Shown piece by piece: positions 12,318 through 25,017 of a stretch of DNA of 64,000 nucleotides. Source of the DNA: Squalus acanthias. Its lineage: Eukaryota. The notes under the pieces are model-generated. The model searched no databases. It saw only the letters and a program-made list of their open reading frames with translations, and was not told where the DNA came from. The translations under genes were made by a program, and so were the position numbers. How positions within the stretch are numbered: the first letter of the stretch is position 1; the number at the start of each line of letters is the position of its first letter. The stretch lies in NCBI GenBank assembly GCA_030390025.1, contig JASTWF010000180.1, positions 62,001-126,000 on the forward strand, written 5' to 3'.

Positions 12318-13390
12318 ATGCGGCTCCCCATTCTCGCTGTGCTGTGGGTGACATTCTTTCTCGGTAAGAAGTTTATAACTTTAATTAGGAGTTCATTTCT
12401 AGAGGAATACAATTGAAAGGCAGAGCGATTGCAGTAACCTTTTATCGAACCTTGGTTAGACCAGACTTGGAGAAATGTGCACAGTTCTGGTCTTCATATT
12501 ACATAAAGGACATGGAGGCTCTAGAGAAAATACAAGAAAAATTCACAAGAACGATACCAAAAGTGAGCGATTATAACTTCAGGAAAGATTCAACCGGCTT
12601 GGGCACTTTACTTCAGCTTCGTCGCGACCCGATAGAGGTCTTTAAAATTACGAAGCTGATTGATCGGGTAGACGTAGAGATTATCTTCCACTTGTGGTGG
12701 AGTCCAAAACTCGGCGGCAGAATATTAGATAATCACAAAAAAATCAAATAAGAAATTCAGGAGAAAAATCAGTACCAAGGTTGGAATGTGAAACTCGCTA
12801 ACACAAGGTGTCGTTGAGACTAACAGCATAGATGCGTTTTAGGGGAAGTCAGATAAGCGCATGAGGGAGAAAGCATTAGAAGGATATGCTGATAGGGGGA
12901 GAGAAAGAAGGTTGGGTGGAAGCTCGTGTGGAGCATAAACACGACATAGACCAGGTGGCCTAATGACCTACTTCTGTTCTGTAAATTCAATTGAATTATA
13001 TGTTAAAATCACCGCGCATTTTCACCGTTAGTTGGTTCAATTTGAACTTTTAATCGATGATTTCCGCTTTGTTTAACCGTGCGTTCCAGATCTGAGCGAT
13101 GGAGATTCTGTCACTCAGGGGGAGCCCTCGCTCACACAGACAGAGGGAGAAGATGCCACTTTAACCTGCACCTATTCCGGCGATGGTTACTTATTCTGGT
13201 ACCGCCAATACCCAGGCAGACAGCCCGAGTTTGCAGTCCGGAGGCACACGAACGGCCGTTTCGAACAAAAGGCGGATTTCGCTCAAGGCCGTTTTTCTGA
13301 TGCAGTCCGGCAGTCAGAGAAGTTGTACCGATTGACCATCAGGGAGCTGCGGCTGACTGACACCGCGGTGTATTACTGTGCACTGAGTCT
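12318..13390 (+). CDS. TCR alpha/delta V family A, apparently functional (exons 12318-12363, 13090-13390)
   Basis: Leader MRLPILAVLWVTFFL, GT-AG phase-1 intron, open V exon GDSVTQGEPSL..C..WYRQYPG..DTAVYYCALS. Confidence 0.95.
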
Positions 13391-13429
13391 CACAGTGATG
13401 CGCACGAGCTAAAGCCTCGTACAATAACT
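13391..13429 (+). promoter_or_regulatory. 23-RSS
   Basis: CACAGTG, 23 bp, ACAATAACT. Confidence 0.95.
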
Positions 13430-13919
13430 GCCGCAGGATTCTGGGTCACAGCTGCTGTCTGTTGGCTGTTTATCACAGCGGGTCAGACACTGACTCGTGA
13501 CTACATTGCTGTGCGCGCAGACCCCGAGCAGAAACCACATAAAAGTCATATAAAACCGTTCACATCGAATACTGATTCCGTCTGTTTATTGTATTAACTG
13601 TGTGAGGTCAGCATTGGCTGCTGTTTATTTGTGTATCTCTGGGAACTCGCCAGTCCCATTGAGAATAAACACACCTACGGGTATTGGAAATGGTTATATC
13701 GATGCACCACTGCTTCGTATATAACGCACGGCAAGCCGACAAATAATGATTGGTTTGAATTATCAGTCTACAGTGCAGACAGGGATAGGTCGAATGCGGA
13801 ATTTCCCAATAATTCTAATTACGATAATAAGCAATTCTCAATATTAAAGACACTTATTAACGTTAATAATCTTCTATATTCGCAGGTTCCAGGAGGTCAC
13901 ATTCAGGACAAATTAGAAC

Positions 13920-15320
13920 GTATGAAATAGGAGCAGGAATAGGTCATTCGGTCCTTCGAACCTGCTCCGCATTCAACAAGATCATGGCTAATCTTGTACC
14001 TGAACTCCATCTTCCCGCACTATCCCCATGTCCCTTAATTCCGTTCCTTCCCCAAAAATGTATCGACCTCTGTCTTAAATATACTCATGATGCGGAGATG
14101 CCGGCGTTGGACTGGGGTGGACCAAAATGAGAAGTCGCAAAACACCAGGTTATAGTCCAACCGATTTATTTAAAATTACAAGCTTTCGGAGCTATCCTGC
14201 CCCTTCTTCAGGTAAAGTTACACTGAGTCACTCAGTGTAACTTTACCTGAAGAAGGGGGAGGATAGCTCCGAAAGCTTGTAATTTTAAATAAATCTGTTG
14301 GACTATAACCTGGTGTTGTGCGACTTCTCATTTTTAAATATACTCAACGACCGAGCATCCACAGCTCTCAGTCCTACATGTCCTATCGCTTATTCTGTGA
14401 CTGTGAGCCCGTGTTCTCGATTCCCCAGCCAGGGGAAACATTTGCTCCGCATTAACCCTGTCAAGACCCTTAAGAATTTTATACGTTTAAATTAGATCAC
14501 CTCTCATTCTTCTAAACTCGAAGGAATATAGGCCAGTCTACTCAATCTCTCCTCATTGGGCAATCCCCTTATCCCACGTAACAGTCTAGAGAATCATCAC
14601 TGCCGTCCCTCTGAGGCAATTATGTTTTTCCTTATGTAAGGAGACCAAATTTGCACACAGTACTCCAGGTGTGGCCTCGCCAATTCCCAGTTTAATTGTA
14701 CCAAGACTTCTTTACACGTATACTCTAATTCCTTTATAACAAAAGCTAACATGCCATTTGCTTTCGTAATTGCTGGCTGTACCTGAGTGTTAACTTTCCG
14801 TGATTCATGTACAAGGACACCCAGCTCCCTCTGAGTGCAAACAGTTCCCAGCCTCTAAACATTGAAAAAATATTCTGCTTTTTAGTTATTCCTACCAAAG
14901 TGGATAACTTCACAATTCCCCACATTGTATTCCATTTGCCATGTTCTTGCCCACTCAGTCAACCGATCGAAATCTCGCTTATTCCTACTCTCTGTTTTCT
15001 AGCCAATAGCCAATCCTCAATTCATGCTAATATATTACCCCAATACCTTGAGTCCGAATTTTGTGTGGCACCTTATTGAATGCTTTTTGAAAATCCAAAT
15101 ACACTACATCCACTGGTTCCCCCTTATCCATCCTACTAGTTAAATCTTCAAAAAACAGATTTGTCAAACAAGACTTCCACTTCATAAAACCGAGTTGACA
15201 TTGCCGAATTATATTATGATTTTCCAAGTGCCCTAATAATAGATTCTAGTATTTTGGCTACTACTGATGTCAGGCTAACTGGCCTACAGTTCACCATTTT
15301 TCTCTTTCTCCTTTCTTAAA
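13920..15320 (-). mobile_element. CR1/HER1-type LINE fragment truncating the family D V
   Basis: VDVVYLDFQKAFNKVPH, KSCLTNL motifs. Confidence 0.88.
14088..14333. mobile_element. palindromic Penelope-like insertion
   Basis: Long inverted repeat, 13-bp TSD ttaaatatactca, hammerhead-like ctgaaga..gaaagctt; paralog 53821-54054. Confidence 0.75.
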
Positions 15321-15339
15321 TAGCCGATGAACAAACATA

Positions 15340-15710
15340 AATCGACTAATTTTCTGTAGGACAGATGTGCTGTGTTCTATGTACCTGACCAGATATTCAG
15401 AAGACTCTGACTGTGTCTGGTGACTGTGCCAATAAACATAATATGCAGCACCGCTTCTTTTCAAGATGTAGGCTAGTGTGACATTACTTTCCTCCTCAAC
15501 CGTCATTTCCGGATCCGGCTATTCCACTGTGTCTTGGTGGCTCCATTCTGACATAAAATATGAGTAATAGTGATTATCATCACCAACGTCACTGTGCTAA
15601 TAATAACATCTGGGTTGTAGCATTCAGGGGGTGAATTGATTTTTATTGGGAAGGAAATACTTACTGAGAAGTGATATAATGATGAGGAGCGGTGCGAGAC
15701 AGTTGCTAAT
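15340..15710 (-). pseudogene. TCR V family D relic
   Basis: Leader-like exon ending ctca|gtaagt; V start ..EMTVEEESNVTL..YYVYWH; no YYC or RSS. Confidence 0.7.
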
Positions 15711-16448
15711 ACTGGTCACTGCGCCTGTAACTCTGCAGTCCGGGAAATCCTCTGTCGGAGCAGAAATACAGATCCTGTATCCCAATGCACTGCTGATCAC
15801 ACCAATGCCATACAGGGAACAGCGGCAACAATCTCTTCAATAACACAGGGCAGGCAAAGTGGGTCAGAGCGAGAGCAGGAAACGGAAGTTGTGGGCGTGG
15901 TTGCAGAAGACTCAAAATTGAGCGAAACCAAGTCTCTGTTTCACGCCAGAAAGTGCCCGACGCCGCTCAGCTGCACTCGAAGTTGATGGAGCGGAAAGTG
16001 GGATGGTTGGGTCTCGAGAATGCTGTGGTCAAACTGCTCCTTTCCACTGAGCAAGTGAATGGGAATAAATAGAGGTGGAGGGAAATGAAGGGTTTCCATT
16101 GCTTCAAAAATAACGACCGGGTTTAATTAGTTCCAATCTAGAATTTTGAGACAAAATATCTGGCACATGTTGTTTTTATATATGATAAATACACCCTAAA
16201 TCCCCGCAATGACCTTATTCCAAATCGGATTGAACAAAATGCGCCAGCAGTGGGCGGCAAACACAAGCATGTTAATTAGAATGTCACGTGATGCAAACAA
16301 CAAGATCAATAACGATCGAAGCCTGAGTGAGGTCACAATGGGGCCGCTCCCTGCAGTGTGCGGGTGGAACATTGAGCTGAACAGGCCCCGGGTTACCGCT
16401 CTCCTTCTCAATCTCTGCATTATTCCATTCCAAGAGATATAATTAGCT

Positions 16449-16951
16449 ATGTTTCTCATAATACTGGCGGCTGTGATGGAGAGTAAGTACTGGACTATGT
16501 TTAAAAAACACAGGTCAGCAAAGTGTTGGTGCAGGGAATCAGAAATATCCATATGATTGACAGTTGGGTGCATGGGCGGTTACACACATTCACAGATAGA
16601 CGCAAATTTAAATCGACCCTGTTTCACCTCCTGTGCTTCTGTTCCCCTATCTTCTCAGGCGGACTATGTGCAGATCCAGTAACTCAGTCTCCGGTGACAA
16701 TTGCCGTTTCAGCAGTGTGTTCGGTGCAGTTAGATTGCGAATTTACAACCCTGGATATTGACTACATGCAATGGTCCCGAAAGAACCCGGCACAGACGCC
16801 AAGCCAGATAATTATCAAAGCAGCAGCAGTGAACGGAGTCGAAATCACCGGACAATATCTGGCGGCTGTTGGCAAGTCTAGAAAGCATGGTTACCTCAAT
16901 ATAAGCGGCCTGAGTGTGGGAGACGGGGCGGTCTATTACTGTGCAGTGAGG
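16449..16951 (+). CDS. TCR V family C, open frame (exons 16449-16482, 16659-16951)
   Basis: Short leader MFLIILAAVME|gtaagt; DPVTQSP..QLDCEF..WSRK..DGAVYYCAVR; RSS CACCGCG-23-ACAAAAAAA (16952-16990); function uncertain. Confidence 0.8.
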
Positions 16952-17295
16952 CACCGCGTCAGATAAAAGGAAAGGCCCCGTACAAAAAAAGAGCGAGTAT
17001 TTACAGCTCCATTGGGTCTGGATGGAAACAGTTAACCGGCCTTTGGTGCTCGGCCATCGGGTTAGCGAGGCACCAGTCTCTGTCTCTTTACCAATAACCC
17101 GCTGATGGTCTGTATCTCAAACGGGAATATTGACTCAAATTCAAGCAGAAGCGTGAGGCGTGGTAATCGGGAACACCTTCAACCGGCCATTGTTTATAAC
17201 TATTTTCCAATATTACAAGCGTAACTTTACATCCTCCTTCTTTCTTTCTGTTATTGAATTTCTCCATTTAATTATCTCTCATATATATATATATT

Positions 17296-17332
<37 letters not shown>

Positions 17333-18260
17333 CTGTGTGTGTGTGTCTGTGTGATTCAGAGAGATAGAGACAACCACAGAGAGGCGCGCGCACACACAGA
17401 ACACACTGAGCAATTTCCGAGGACCAAACTGCTGCATTATCTCTCTGTACATGATTGCAAACCTTCTGTAGGACACAGCCTTCCTGTCTAAAGAGGGATT
17501 CACAAAATGAATGGAGATTTAGCTGAAACGGAAACATTTAGAGGGCTATAGGGAAACAGCAGTTCAGTGGCACAAAACAAATAGCCTACACTGGCATGCT
17601 GGACCGAATGGCCTCCTTCTTTGCTGTATGATTTATGGAATGAGCAGAGAAGTAAAGTTAAAGAGACACTTGGGTGCGACTTGGAACCACGAGAACAGTC
17701 ATCGTGTAGTTTCAGGCTCTGGCCACTTGGTGGCTTCGTGGAGCGAAGTTATGTCGTCTCTCGGTTGTTATTTGCGATATTAAAATCATATTTACTCTCC
17801 CCGCTAATGCTACTGGCATCTCAGTACTGTCTATGTAAAATGCTACTGCTACATGCAATGAGCTAAATAACTAAGGAAGGGGGACAATATCCCTGTTTAC
17901 TGAGTGCAGCGAATGGTAAATCCTTCCACGAAGATTTCCACTGGTCGCTCTCTCTAAATGAACCTTTAACAAATTAAGTTGTTGAAAAATAACGGGTTTC
18001 TGACTTACATAGAAATACCGAATAGAGGAATCTACATTAAAATATTTCGGATGTTGCTGCACACACATCAGTGACCAGAGCTTATCTCCACACTCCCTGA
18101 TGGTGTGAAATTATCAGAAACGGATGTGGCATGGTTGCAGAGTCACTTTCCCTTCTAATCTTATCACAAGGTTAAATAGTTCACCTTGAACCAGTACTGG
18201 TGGCAGTTTTTGCCACAGTAGTGAAGGGGTCGATGCTCATATTGTGAACCCCGGACAGCG

Positions 18261-18704
18261 ATGTGTTTCCCTGTTTATTTCAGTGTAGTGTTGGCGCTCT
18301 CTGTGCAGTGCAATTACATTGTGAATCCGAGCAGAAAAAACTCCAATAGGTCCGGTTAGAGGGTTGGATATTTGGAAATGTTCAATTTCTCTTCCAGCCA
18401 TCAACGTTGGCGTCGAATCCGTGCATCAAGACTTTTCGACCAGGAAGGTGCGGGAAGGAGAATCGGTGACGCTGAATTGTAGTTTTACAACAACATATAC
18501 AAACCCTGAACTTTTTTGGTACCGGCAGATTCCCGGTCGCGCCCCAGTAAATCTGTTGTTTATCACCAAATACAACACCTTCCCAGCCGACATCGCCAAG
18601 GACCATTTCACAGCAGAGCTGAGCGCAGAGGAGAGCGCGGTTCGGCTGAGAGTTTCTGGGGCGGAGCTGTCAGACGGCGCCGTGTATTACTGCGCTCTGA
18701 GACC
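18261..18704 (+). CDS. TCR V family B, open V exon with non-canonical GC leader donor (exons 18261-18309, 18398-18704)
   Basis: ESVHQDFST..LNCSF..WYRQIPG..DGAVYYCALR; donor GCAATT; RSS CACAGCT-23-AGAAATACT (18705-18743). Confidence 0.8.
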
Positions 18705-19659
18705 CACAGCTGCACAGCTCTGTGCCCGTCCTGTAGAAATACTGCAGCAGACCGTATTTAAATAGAACAGTGTGTGACCGGGATAGACGCCTGTGATGGT
18801 CTGATTAGGACAGTTGCTGACAGGACAAAATATTCCCACAGGGCAGCTCCCAGCAGCTCTGAATAGAGGAGTATGGTTTTAGAATCCATTCACTCGATAA
18901 TGAGGGATGAACAGGAGGACACCCGCGCAGCTTTAATAGGCCAATGTACCGTATCATGTGTGTTCAATTGCAAGTTACTCTCTTCACTGCCGCTGTGTTT
19001 GTTTCATTTTCACACCCCTTAAACCAGCACAAAAGTGTACAGCTTTGCTTCGGTTTGGAATTATATTCAAAGGTCTCTAAACCTTCCCTTTTCTGAGTGT
19101 TGGTTTAATTTCTGTCGGTGTGAGACAGCTCACCGAGAGTAATAATTCCATTCTCCTGTACCATACGTGTTTACACCGAGGTGTCCACTCTGAATGGTAG
19201 AATTCCTCTTGTCGCTACTTCTAGTGACATAGTGAACGCATTCTAAATGAATGAATGACGCTTCTACTAAACTAGCGATCAGACGAGATTTCCCGCTGTG
19301 TTGGGATGTCGCTAACTCAGGGAGACCAGAGGAAATCTTCCCCTTGTGTGTCCCCAGCAGAAGGTTAATCAAACCCGACCTCCTGTCAACAACCTCAGTC
19401 TGATTACTGACAGTGAGAGAACCAAACTGAACACCTTCATCTACATTCAAATAGTTTTTATCACTTTGAGGCTACTTTCCTCAGGTCAAGCTTTCTCTCA
19501 GGTCAATTAGAGATCAAGCTGTCTCTCGGGTTAATTAGAGATTAAGCTGTTTCTCAGGTAAATTAGACATCAAGGTGTACCTTTTTCTTCATCTTTCTTG
19601 CCCTGATCAGAAGGATGCGACGTTAATTTCTCAGTTCTCTTAAATAATAAAGTTGTTAA

Positions 19660-19840
19660 AGACGTGACATCAGACCCGCCCCAACCGGTGTTCTCAGTTC
19701 TTTCTGCTTGCTGTTCTGCACGAGGTGACGTCAGACCAGCCACAACCGGTGCTCTCAGCTCTTTCTACTTCATGTTCTGCAGGAAGTGACATCAGACCAG
19801 TCCCAGCTGGTGCTCTCAGCTCTTTCTATTTGATGTTCTG
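19660..19840 (+). promoter_or_regulatory. family A promoter: three ~61-bp repeats, each with a CRE/decamer-like motif
   Basis: GTGACATCAG, GTGACGTCAG, GTGACATCAG just upstream of leader ATG 19888. Confidence 0.75.
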
Positions 19841-19887
19841 TCGGTTCCTGAGACACAAAAGTACCCTCCAATTCCGGAGCAGCAAAA

Positions 19888-20975
19888 ATGCGGCTCCCCG
19901 TTCTCGCAGTGGCGTGGGTGACATTCATTTTCGGTAAGAAGTTTATAACTTTTAAAAGGGATTCATTTCTAGAGGAATACAATTGAAAAGCAGAGCGGTT
20001 ACATTAAACTTGTATCGAACCTTGGTGAGAACAGACTTCGATTCCTCTGCACAATACTGATCTCCATATTACACAAAGACATGGAGGCTTTGGAGAAGGT
20101 GCAACAAAGATTCACAAGGACGATACCAGAACTGAGAGATTATAACTTCAGTAAAGATTCAACAGGCTGGGGCTCTTCACTCCAGGAAGGAACTGCTTAG
20201 GCGCGACCAGATACACATCTTTAAAATTACGAAGGTGATTGATAGGGTAGACGTAGATAATATGTCTCCACTTGTGGTGGAGTTCAAAACGCGGCGGCAG
20301 AAATATTAGATAATCACAAAAAAATCAACTAGGAAATTCAGTAGAAACGTCTTGACCAAGGTTAGAATGTGGAACTCGTTCCCACAATTTGTCATTGAGT
20401 CGAACAGCATAGATGCGTTTTAGGGGAAGTTAGATAAACGCATGAGGGAGAAAGGATTTGAGCGATATGCTGATCCGGGGAGATGAAGAAGGTTGGGTGG
20501 AGGTTCCTGTGGAGCATAAACACCGGCATAGACCAGTTGGCCGAATGACCTACTTCTGTTCTGTAAATTCTATTTAACTTTATGTAAAACTCGCTGCGCA
20601 TTTTCACCGACAGTTCGGTTCAATTTGAACCTTTAATCGATGAGTTCCGCTTTCTTTAACTGTGTTTTCCAGAACTGAGCGATGGAGATTCTGTGACTCA
20701 GCGGGAGCCCTCGCTCACACAGACAGAGGGAGAAGATGCCACTTTTACCTGCACCTATCCCGGCGATGGTTATTACTTGTTCTGGTACCGCCAATACCCA
20801 GGCAGACAGCCCGAGTTTGCAATCCAGAGGTACACGAGCGGCAGTACTAAACATAAGGCGGATTTCGCTCAAGGCCGGTTTATGATGCAGTCCGGCAGTC
20901 AGAGAAGTTGTACCGATTGACCATCTCGGATCTGCGGCTGACTGACACCGCGGTGTATTACTGTGCACTGAGGCT
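19888..20975 (+). pseudogene. TCR V family A with a single frameshift (exons 19888-19933, 20673-20975)
   Basis: 1-nt deletion at ~20880 (ggccggtttatgat vs ggccgtttttctgat); intact RSS 20976-21014. Confidence 0.9.
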
Positions 20976-21335
20976 CACAGTGATGGGAACGAGTTAATGC
21001 CTCGTACAATAACTGCCGCAGGTTTCTGGGTCACAGCTGCTGTCTGTTGTGGGCTGTTTATCACAGCGGGTCAGACACTGATTCGTGACTACATTCCTGT
21101 GTGCGCAGACCCCGAGCAGAATCCACATCAAACTAATGTAAAACCGTTCACATCGAATACTGATTCCGTCTGATTATTGTATTAATTGTGAGAGGGCAGC
21201 ATTGGCTGCTGTTTATTTGTGTATCTTTGGGAACTCGCCAGTCCCATTGAGAATAAAGACACCTGTGGGTACTGGAACTGGTTATATCGACGCACCGCTG
21301 CTTCGGATATAACGCACGGCAAACGGACAAATAAT

Positions 21336-22100
21336 GGCCCAGAAATTCGGCCGAATGCGGGAGAGTACGCACTGTGCACTCACCGGTATTCGGTCCCGAA
21401 ATGCCGGTTTCCTGCATGCACTGCGCATGCGCGGGAAACCGGCACTTCCGATATTGCGAAGGGGGCGGTTCCTAAGTGAACCGCGTGCGCACTACAGGCT
21501 GTGCGCACGCAGCACACTTAGGTTTTTTTTCAGGTTTCAACGCGAGGGTAAGTATGGAAGATTTTACACATGAAAAAAGGTGGCGTAAGAACCCCTTTTA
21601 ACAAGGTAAGTAGTTAATTAAGTATTATTTTAAAGTTTTTTCAGCAGTTTTATCTTTTTTAGACACTTTAAAGAAAGGTAAGTTTATTTTTATAACTTTT
21701 AAAAAGAATTTAAATTTTTGCAAAAATTTAAATTTTTGTTTAAAGTGGTTAATTTATTTAACTATAGTTATTTTATTAATGTGATGGTTTCTTTTTAAAA
21801 TTTAATTGAGGTTTAGCTGTTCTTTTGGGGACAATTTGTATTCATAGTTTTGACAGTTCTCCGGTCAAAACTATGAATGCAAGATGGTGTGCTGCCATTG
21901 GCTCTCCATGCCCCACGTGATCCCAGAGGTCGCATCGAACTAACTGCGCCTCTGGGACACGCACACACTGCGCGTCGGCACCAGGGAGAGGCCCGGGACA
22001 CGAAGTTCGTGTGGGCCCGAAACAGAACGGCAGGCGCGGTAGGTAAGATTGCGCGCGATCCTTATTCCCGCGGCAAGCCGGAGAGGCCAATTTCTGGACC
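21336..22100 (-). mobile_element. MITE-like element, left inversion boundary
   Basis: TIR GGCCCAGAAATT..AATTTCTGGACC; flanks AAT/ATT do not form a TSD. Confidence 0.82.
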
Positions 22101-22146
22101 ATTAATAAAAGTGTGAAACACAATGCTGTGTAACTTGTGAACTTAC

Positions 22147-22198
22147 CAGTTAAGAGAGCTGTAGCTCTGAGGAATAAATAATAAGCAACAGCCAGCAT
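22147..22198 (-). pseudogene. orphan V leader exon MLAVAYYLFLRATALLT
   Basis: 52-nt phase-1 exon, g|gtaagt donor, CRE promoter upstream; intron broken by MITE; no V exon. Confidence 0.68.
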
Positions 22199-22829
22199 GT
22201 TTGCAGAGAGTTGATGACGCTTTGAACCTGAAATTGTTTTTCATCAAGTGATAGAAAGACGTTGAGTCACAGCCGGCCTTTCTGCCGATTGGTTCATTCC
22301 TGAGAGAGTCAGCAGGTGATGGCAGATCAGGTCACGAGTGCAATTTTCTCAAATTCATCCAATCAGTTCACAGCTCCTTTGTTCTCCAAGTCATGACGTC
22401 AGAGCCAGCTCCGGGGAAGGGAGTGAAATTTTTCCTTCACAACAGAGAACTGGACGAGGATTAAACCCAATGCTGGTTCTTTAACAGGGTCAGTCTCTGA
22501 GGTGGGGCCAGTGAAGAAAAATAGTTAATGTTCTTCTGGCATCAGTGCCGGAGGCTCCCATTAAAAGAGCTGGTCACTGATCATTACAACTACCCACAGC
22601 CGAAATCAAGGGGCATATTAATGCCAGCGGGTCCTCTAGGTTTAGAACAGAATGATGCTGTAAATTAGAAAAAAGCCACCGATAATATCAATGATATGCG
22701 AAGTGACTGATGGTTTGAGCAGAATGGGAGTGTGTGAACATCAGATGGGACAGTGGTACTGGAGTGAGCTACTCATTACAAATATTTACAACATATTGAC
22801 ATCAGCAATAACCATAATACAAAATAACT

Positions 22830-24500
22830 TTTCCTTATTCATTCCGGGATGTGGGAGTTGCTGGCAAGGACAGGATCTATTGTACATCCCTCATTGCCGC
22901 TGAGATGGTGGCGGTGTGCCGCCTTCTTGAATCACTGCAGTCCTTGTGGTGAATGTACTCCCGCAGTGCTGTTACGGAGGGAGTTCTAGGTTTTGGACTC
23001 AGCGACGATGAAGGAAGGACGATATACTTCCAAGTCAGGATGGTGTGTGACTTGGAGGGGAACTTGGAGGTGGTGGTGTTCCCATGTGCCTGCTGCCCTT
23101 GTCCTTCTAGGCGGCAGATGTCGCAGGTTTGGCAGATTCTGCCAAAGAAGCCTCGGCGTTATGCTGTAGTGCATCTTGTAGATGCTATATACTGCAGCCA
23201 CGGTACACCGGTGGTGGAGGAACTGAATGTTTAAGGTGGTGGATGGGGTGCTAATTAAGCAAGCTGGTTTGTCCTGGATGTGTCGAGCTTCTTGAGTTTT
23301 GGCTTTGGGGAGTCAGGAGATGAGACAGCCGCAGCAGAATACCCAGCCTCTGACCTGCTGTTTTTGCTGCAGTATTTATGTGGCTGGATCAGTTAAATGT
23401 GAGAAGTCGCACAACACCAGGTTATAGTCCAGCAGCTTTATTTGAAATCACAAGCTTTCGGAGCGCTGCTCCTTCGTCATTCACCTGACGAAGGAGCAGC
23501 GCTCCGAAATCTTGTGATTTCAAATAAAGCTTTTGGACTTGAACCTGGTGTTGTGCGACTTCTCACATTTGTCCACCCCAGTCCAACTCCAGCATCTCCA
23601 CATCATGGTTCCGAAAAGTTTCTGGTCAATGGTGCCACCGGGAATGTGATGGTGGGGTATTCGGCGATTGTAATGTCGCTGAATGTCAAGGGGCGGTGGT
23701 TAGATTCACTTTTGTTGAAGATAGTCATTGCCTGGCACGAATGTTACTTGCCACTTATGCGCCAAAGCCTGAATGTTGACTAGGTCTTGCTGCATGTCGG
23801 CACGGATTGCTTTTTTATCTGAGGAGTTGGGAACACTGTGCAATCATCAGCGAACATCCCTACTTCTGAACTTAAGTTGCAGGGAAGGTCATTGATGAAG
23901 CAGCTGAAGGTGGTTGGGCCTAGGACGCTGCCCTGAGGAACTCCTGCAACGATGCAGTGGGGCTGAGATGGATGGCCTCCAATAACCACAACCATCTTAC
24001 TTTGTGCTGGATATATCTCCAGCCAGTTGAGTGTTTTCTTCTTGATTCCATTGACTTCAATTTTACGAGGCTCCTGGATGACACACTCGGTCAAATGGTG
24101 CCTTGATGTCAAGGGCAGTAACTCTCACTTCACCTAGGGAATTCAGCTCTTTTGTCCATGTTTGGACCAAGACTGTAATGAGGTCTGGAGACGAGTAGTC
24201 CTCGAGGAAACCAAACTGAGCATCGGTGAGCACGTTATTGGTGAGTAAGTGCCACTTGATAGCACTGTCGACGACACCTTCCATCACTTTCCTGATGAGT
24301 GAGTAGACTGATGGGGTGGTAATTGGCCGAATTGGATTTGTCCTGCTTTTTGTGGGCAGGACACACCTAGGCAATTTTCTACATTGTCGGGTAGATGCCA
24401 GTGTTATAGCTGTACTGCAACAGATTGGCGAGAAGCGTGGCTAGTTCTGGAGCACAAGTCTTCAGGACGACAGCTCGGATATTGTTGGAGCCCATAGCCT
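22830..24500 (-). mobile_element. LINE (CR1/L2 group) RT fragment
   Basis: GVPQGSVLGP..FINDL..MFADD and ALDIKAPFDRV motifs, frameshifted. Confidence 0.88.
23395..23605. mobile_element. palindromic Penelope-like insertion with hammerhead motif
   Basis: Inverted repeat centred near 23480; tcac-CTGACGA-aggagcagcgctcc-GAAA-tctt-gtga. Confidence 0.72.
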
Positions 24501-24646
24501 TGCGTGCCCTGTGTTATTGGAGAGTTTGGTGCTGCTGTTCTCTGTTTGGCATTGGTGTGACCAGCAGTGCAGTGCAGCAGAGGATCTGCATTTGTGCTCC
24601 GACACAGGATTTCCCGGTCTGTAGCGTTACAGACAAATAGAGCATC

Positions 24647-24893
24647 ATGCGGATCCGTCACGTTCCGCTCCTCATCATTATATCACTTCTCAGTAATATT
24701 ACTTTCCCAGTAAAATTCCATTGGTCCTCTGACTGCTGTAACACAAGTGTTATTCTTGGTAAAGTGATGTTGTTGATGATGATAATGATGGATCATGGTT
24801 GAAAATGTTTTTTCAGATCTGAGTCATGGAGATTCTGTCACTTGGCGGCTGTGCTCAGGAATTAAGTCAGAGTGGGAAGCGGTGACTTTTTGA
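24647..24893 (+). pseudogene. truncated V relic with family D-like leader
   Basis: Leader MRIRHVPLLIIISLL 24647-24692 |gtaat; exon from 24817 DLSHGDSVT..EAVTF then stop. Confidence 0.7.
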
Positions 24894-25017
24894 GTTTTGT
24901 GTTTTGTTGCACTTTTGAGAAGGTCCCTGTGCCTCTCACTGTGGAGGCTAAATTATCGCTTCAGTTTCGCGGTGTGAGACCGCCCTCTGGTGAGCACTAA
25001 CTGGAACTCTCAGTATG

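Larger units (their letters stand above)
8439..17470 (+). repeat. segmental duplication, direct paralog of 48113-57190
   Basis: Same order C-B-A-D-C, shared pseudogene lesions and the same Penelope-in-CR1 insertion. Confidence 0.92.

Noticed and set aside
18712-18724. Second heptamer-like CACAGCT inside the family B spacer as an alternative RSS
   Set aside because: It gives a 15-bp spacer, neither 12 nor 23
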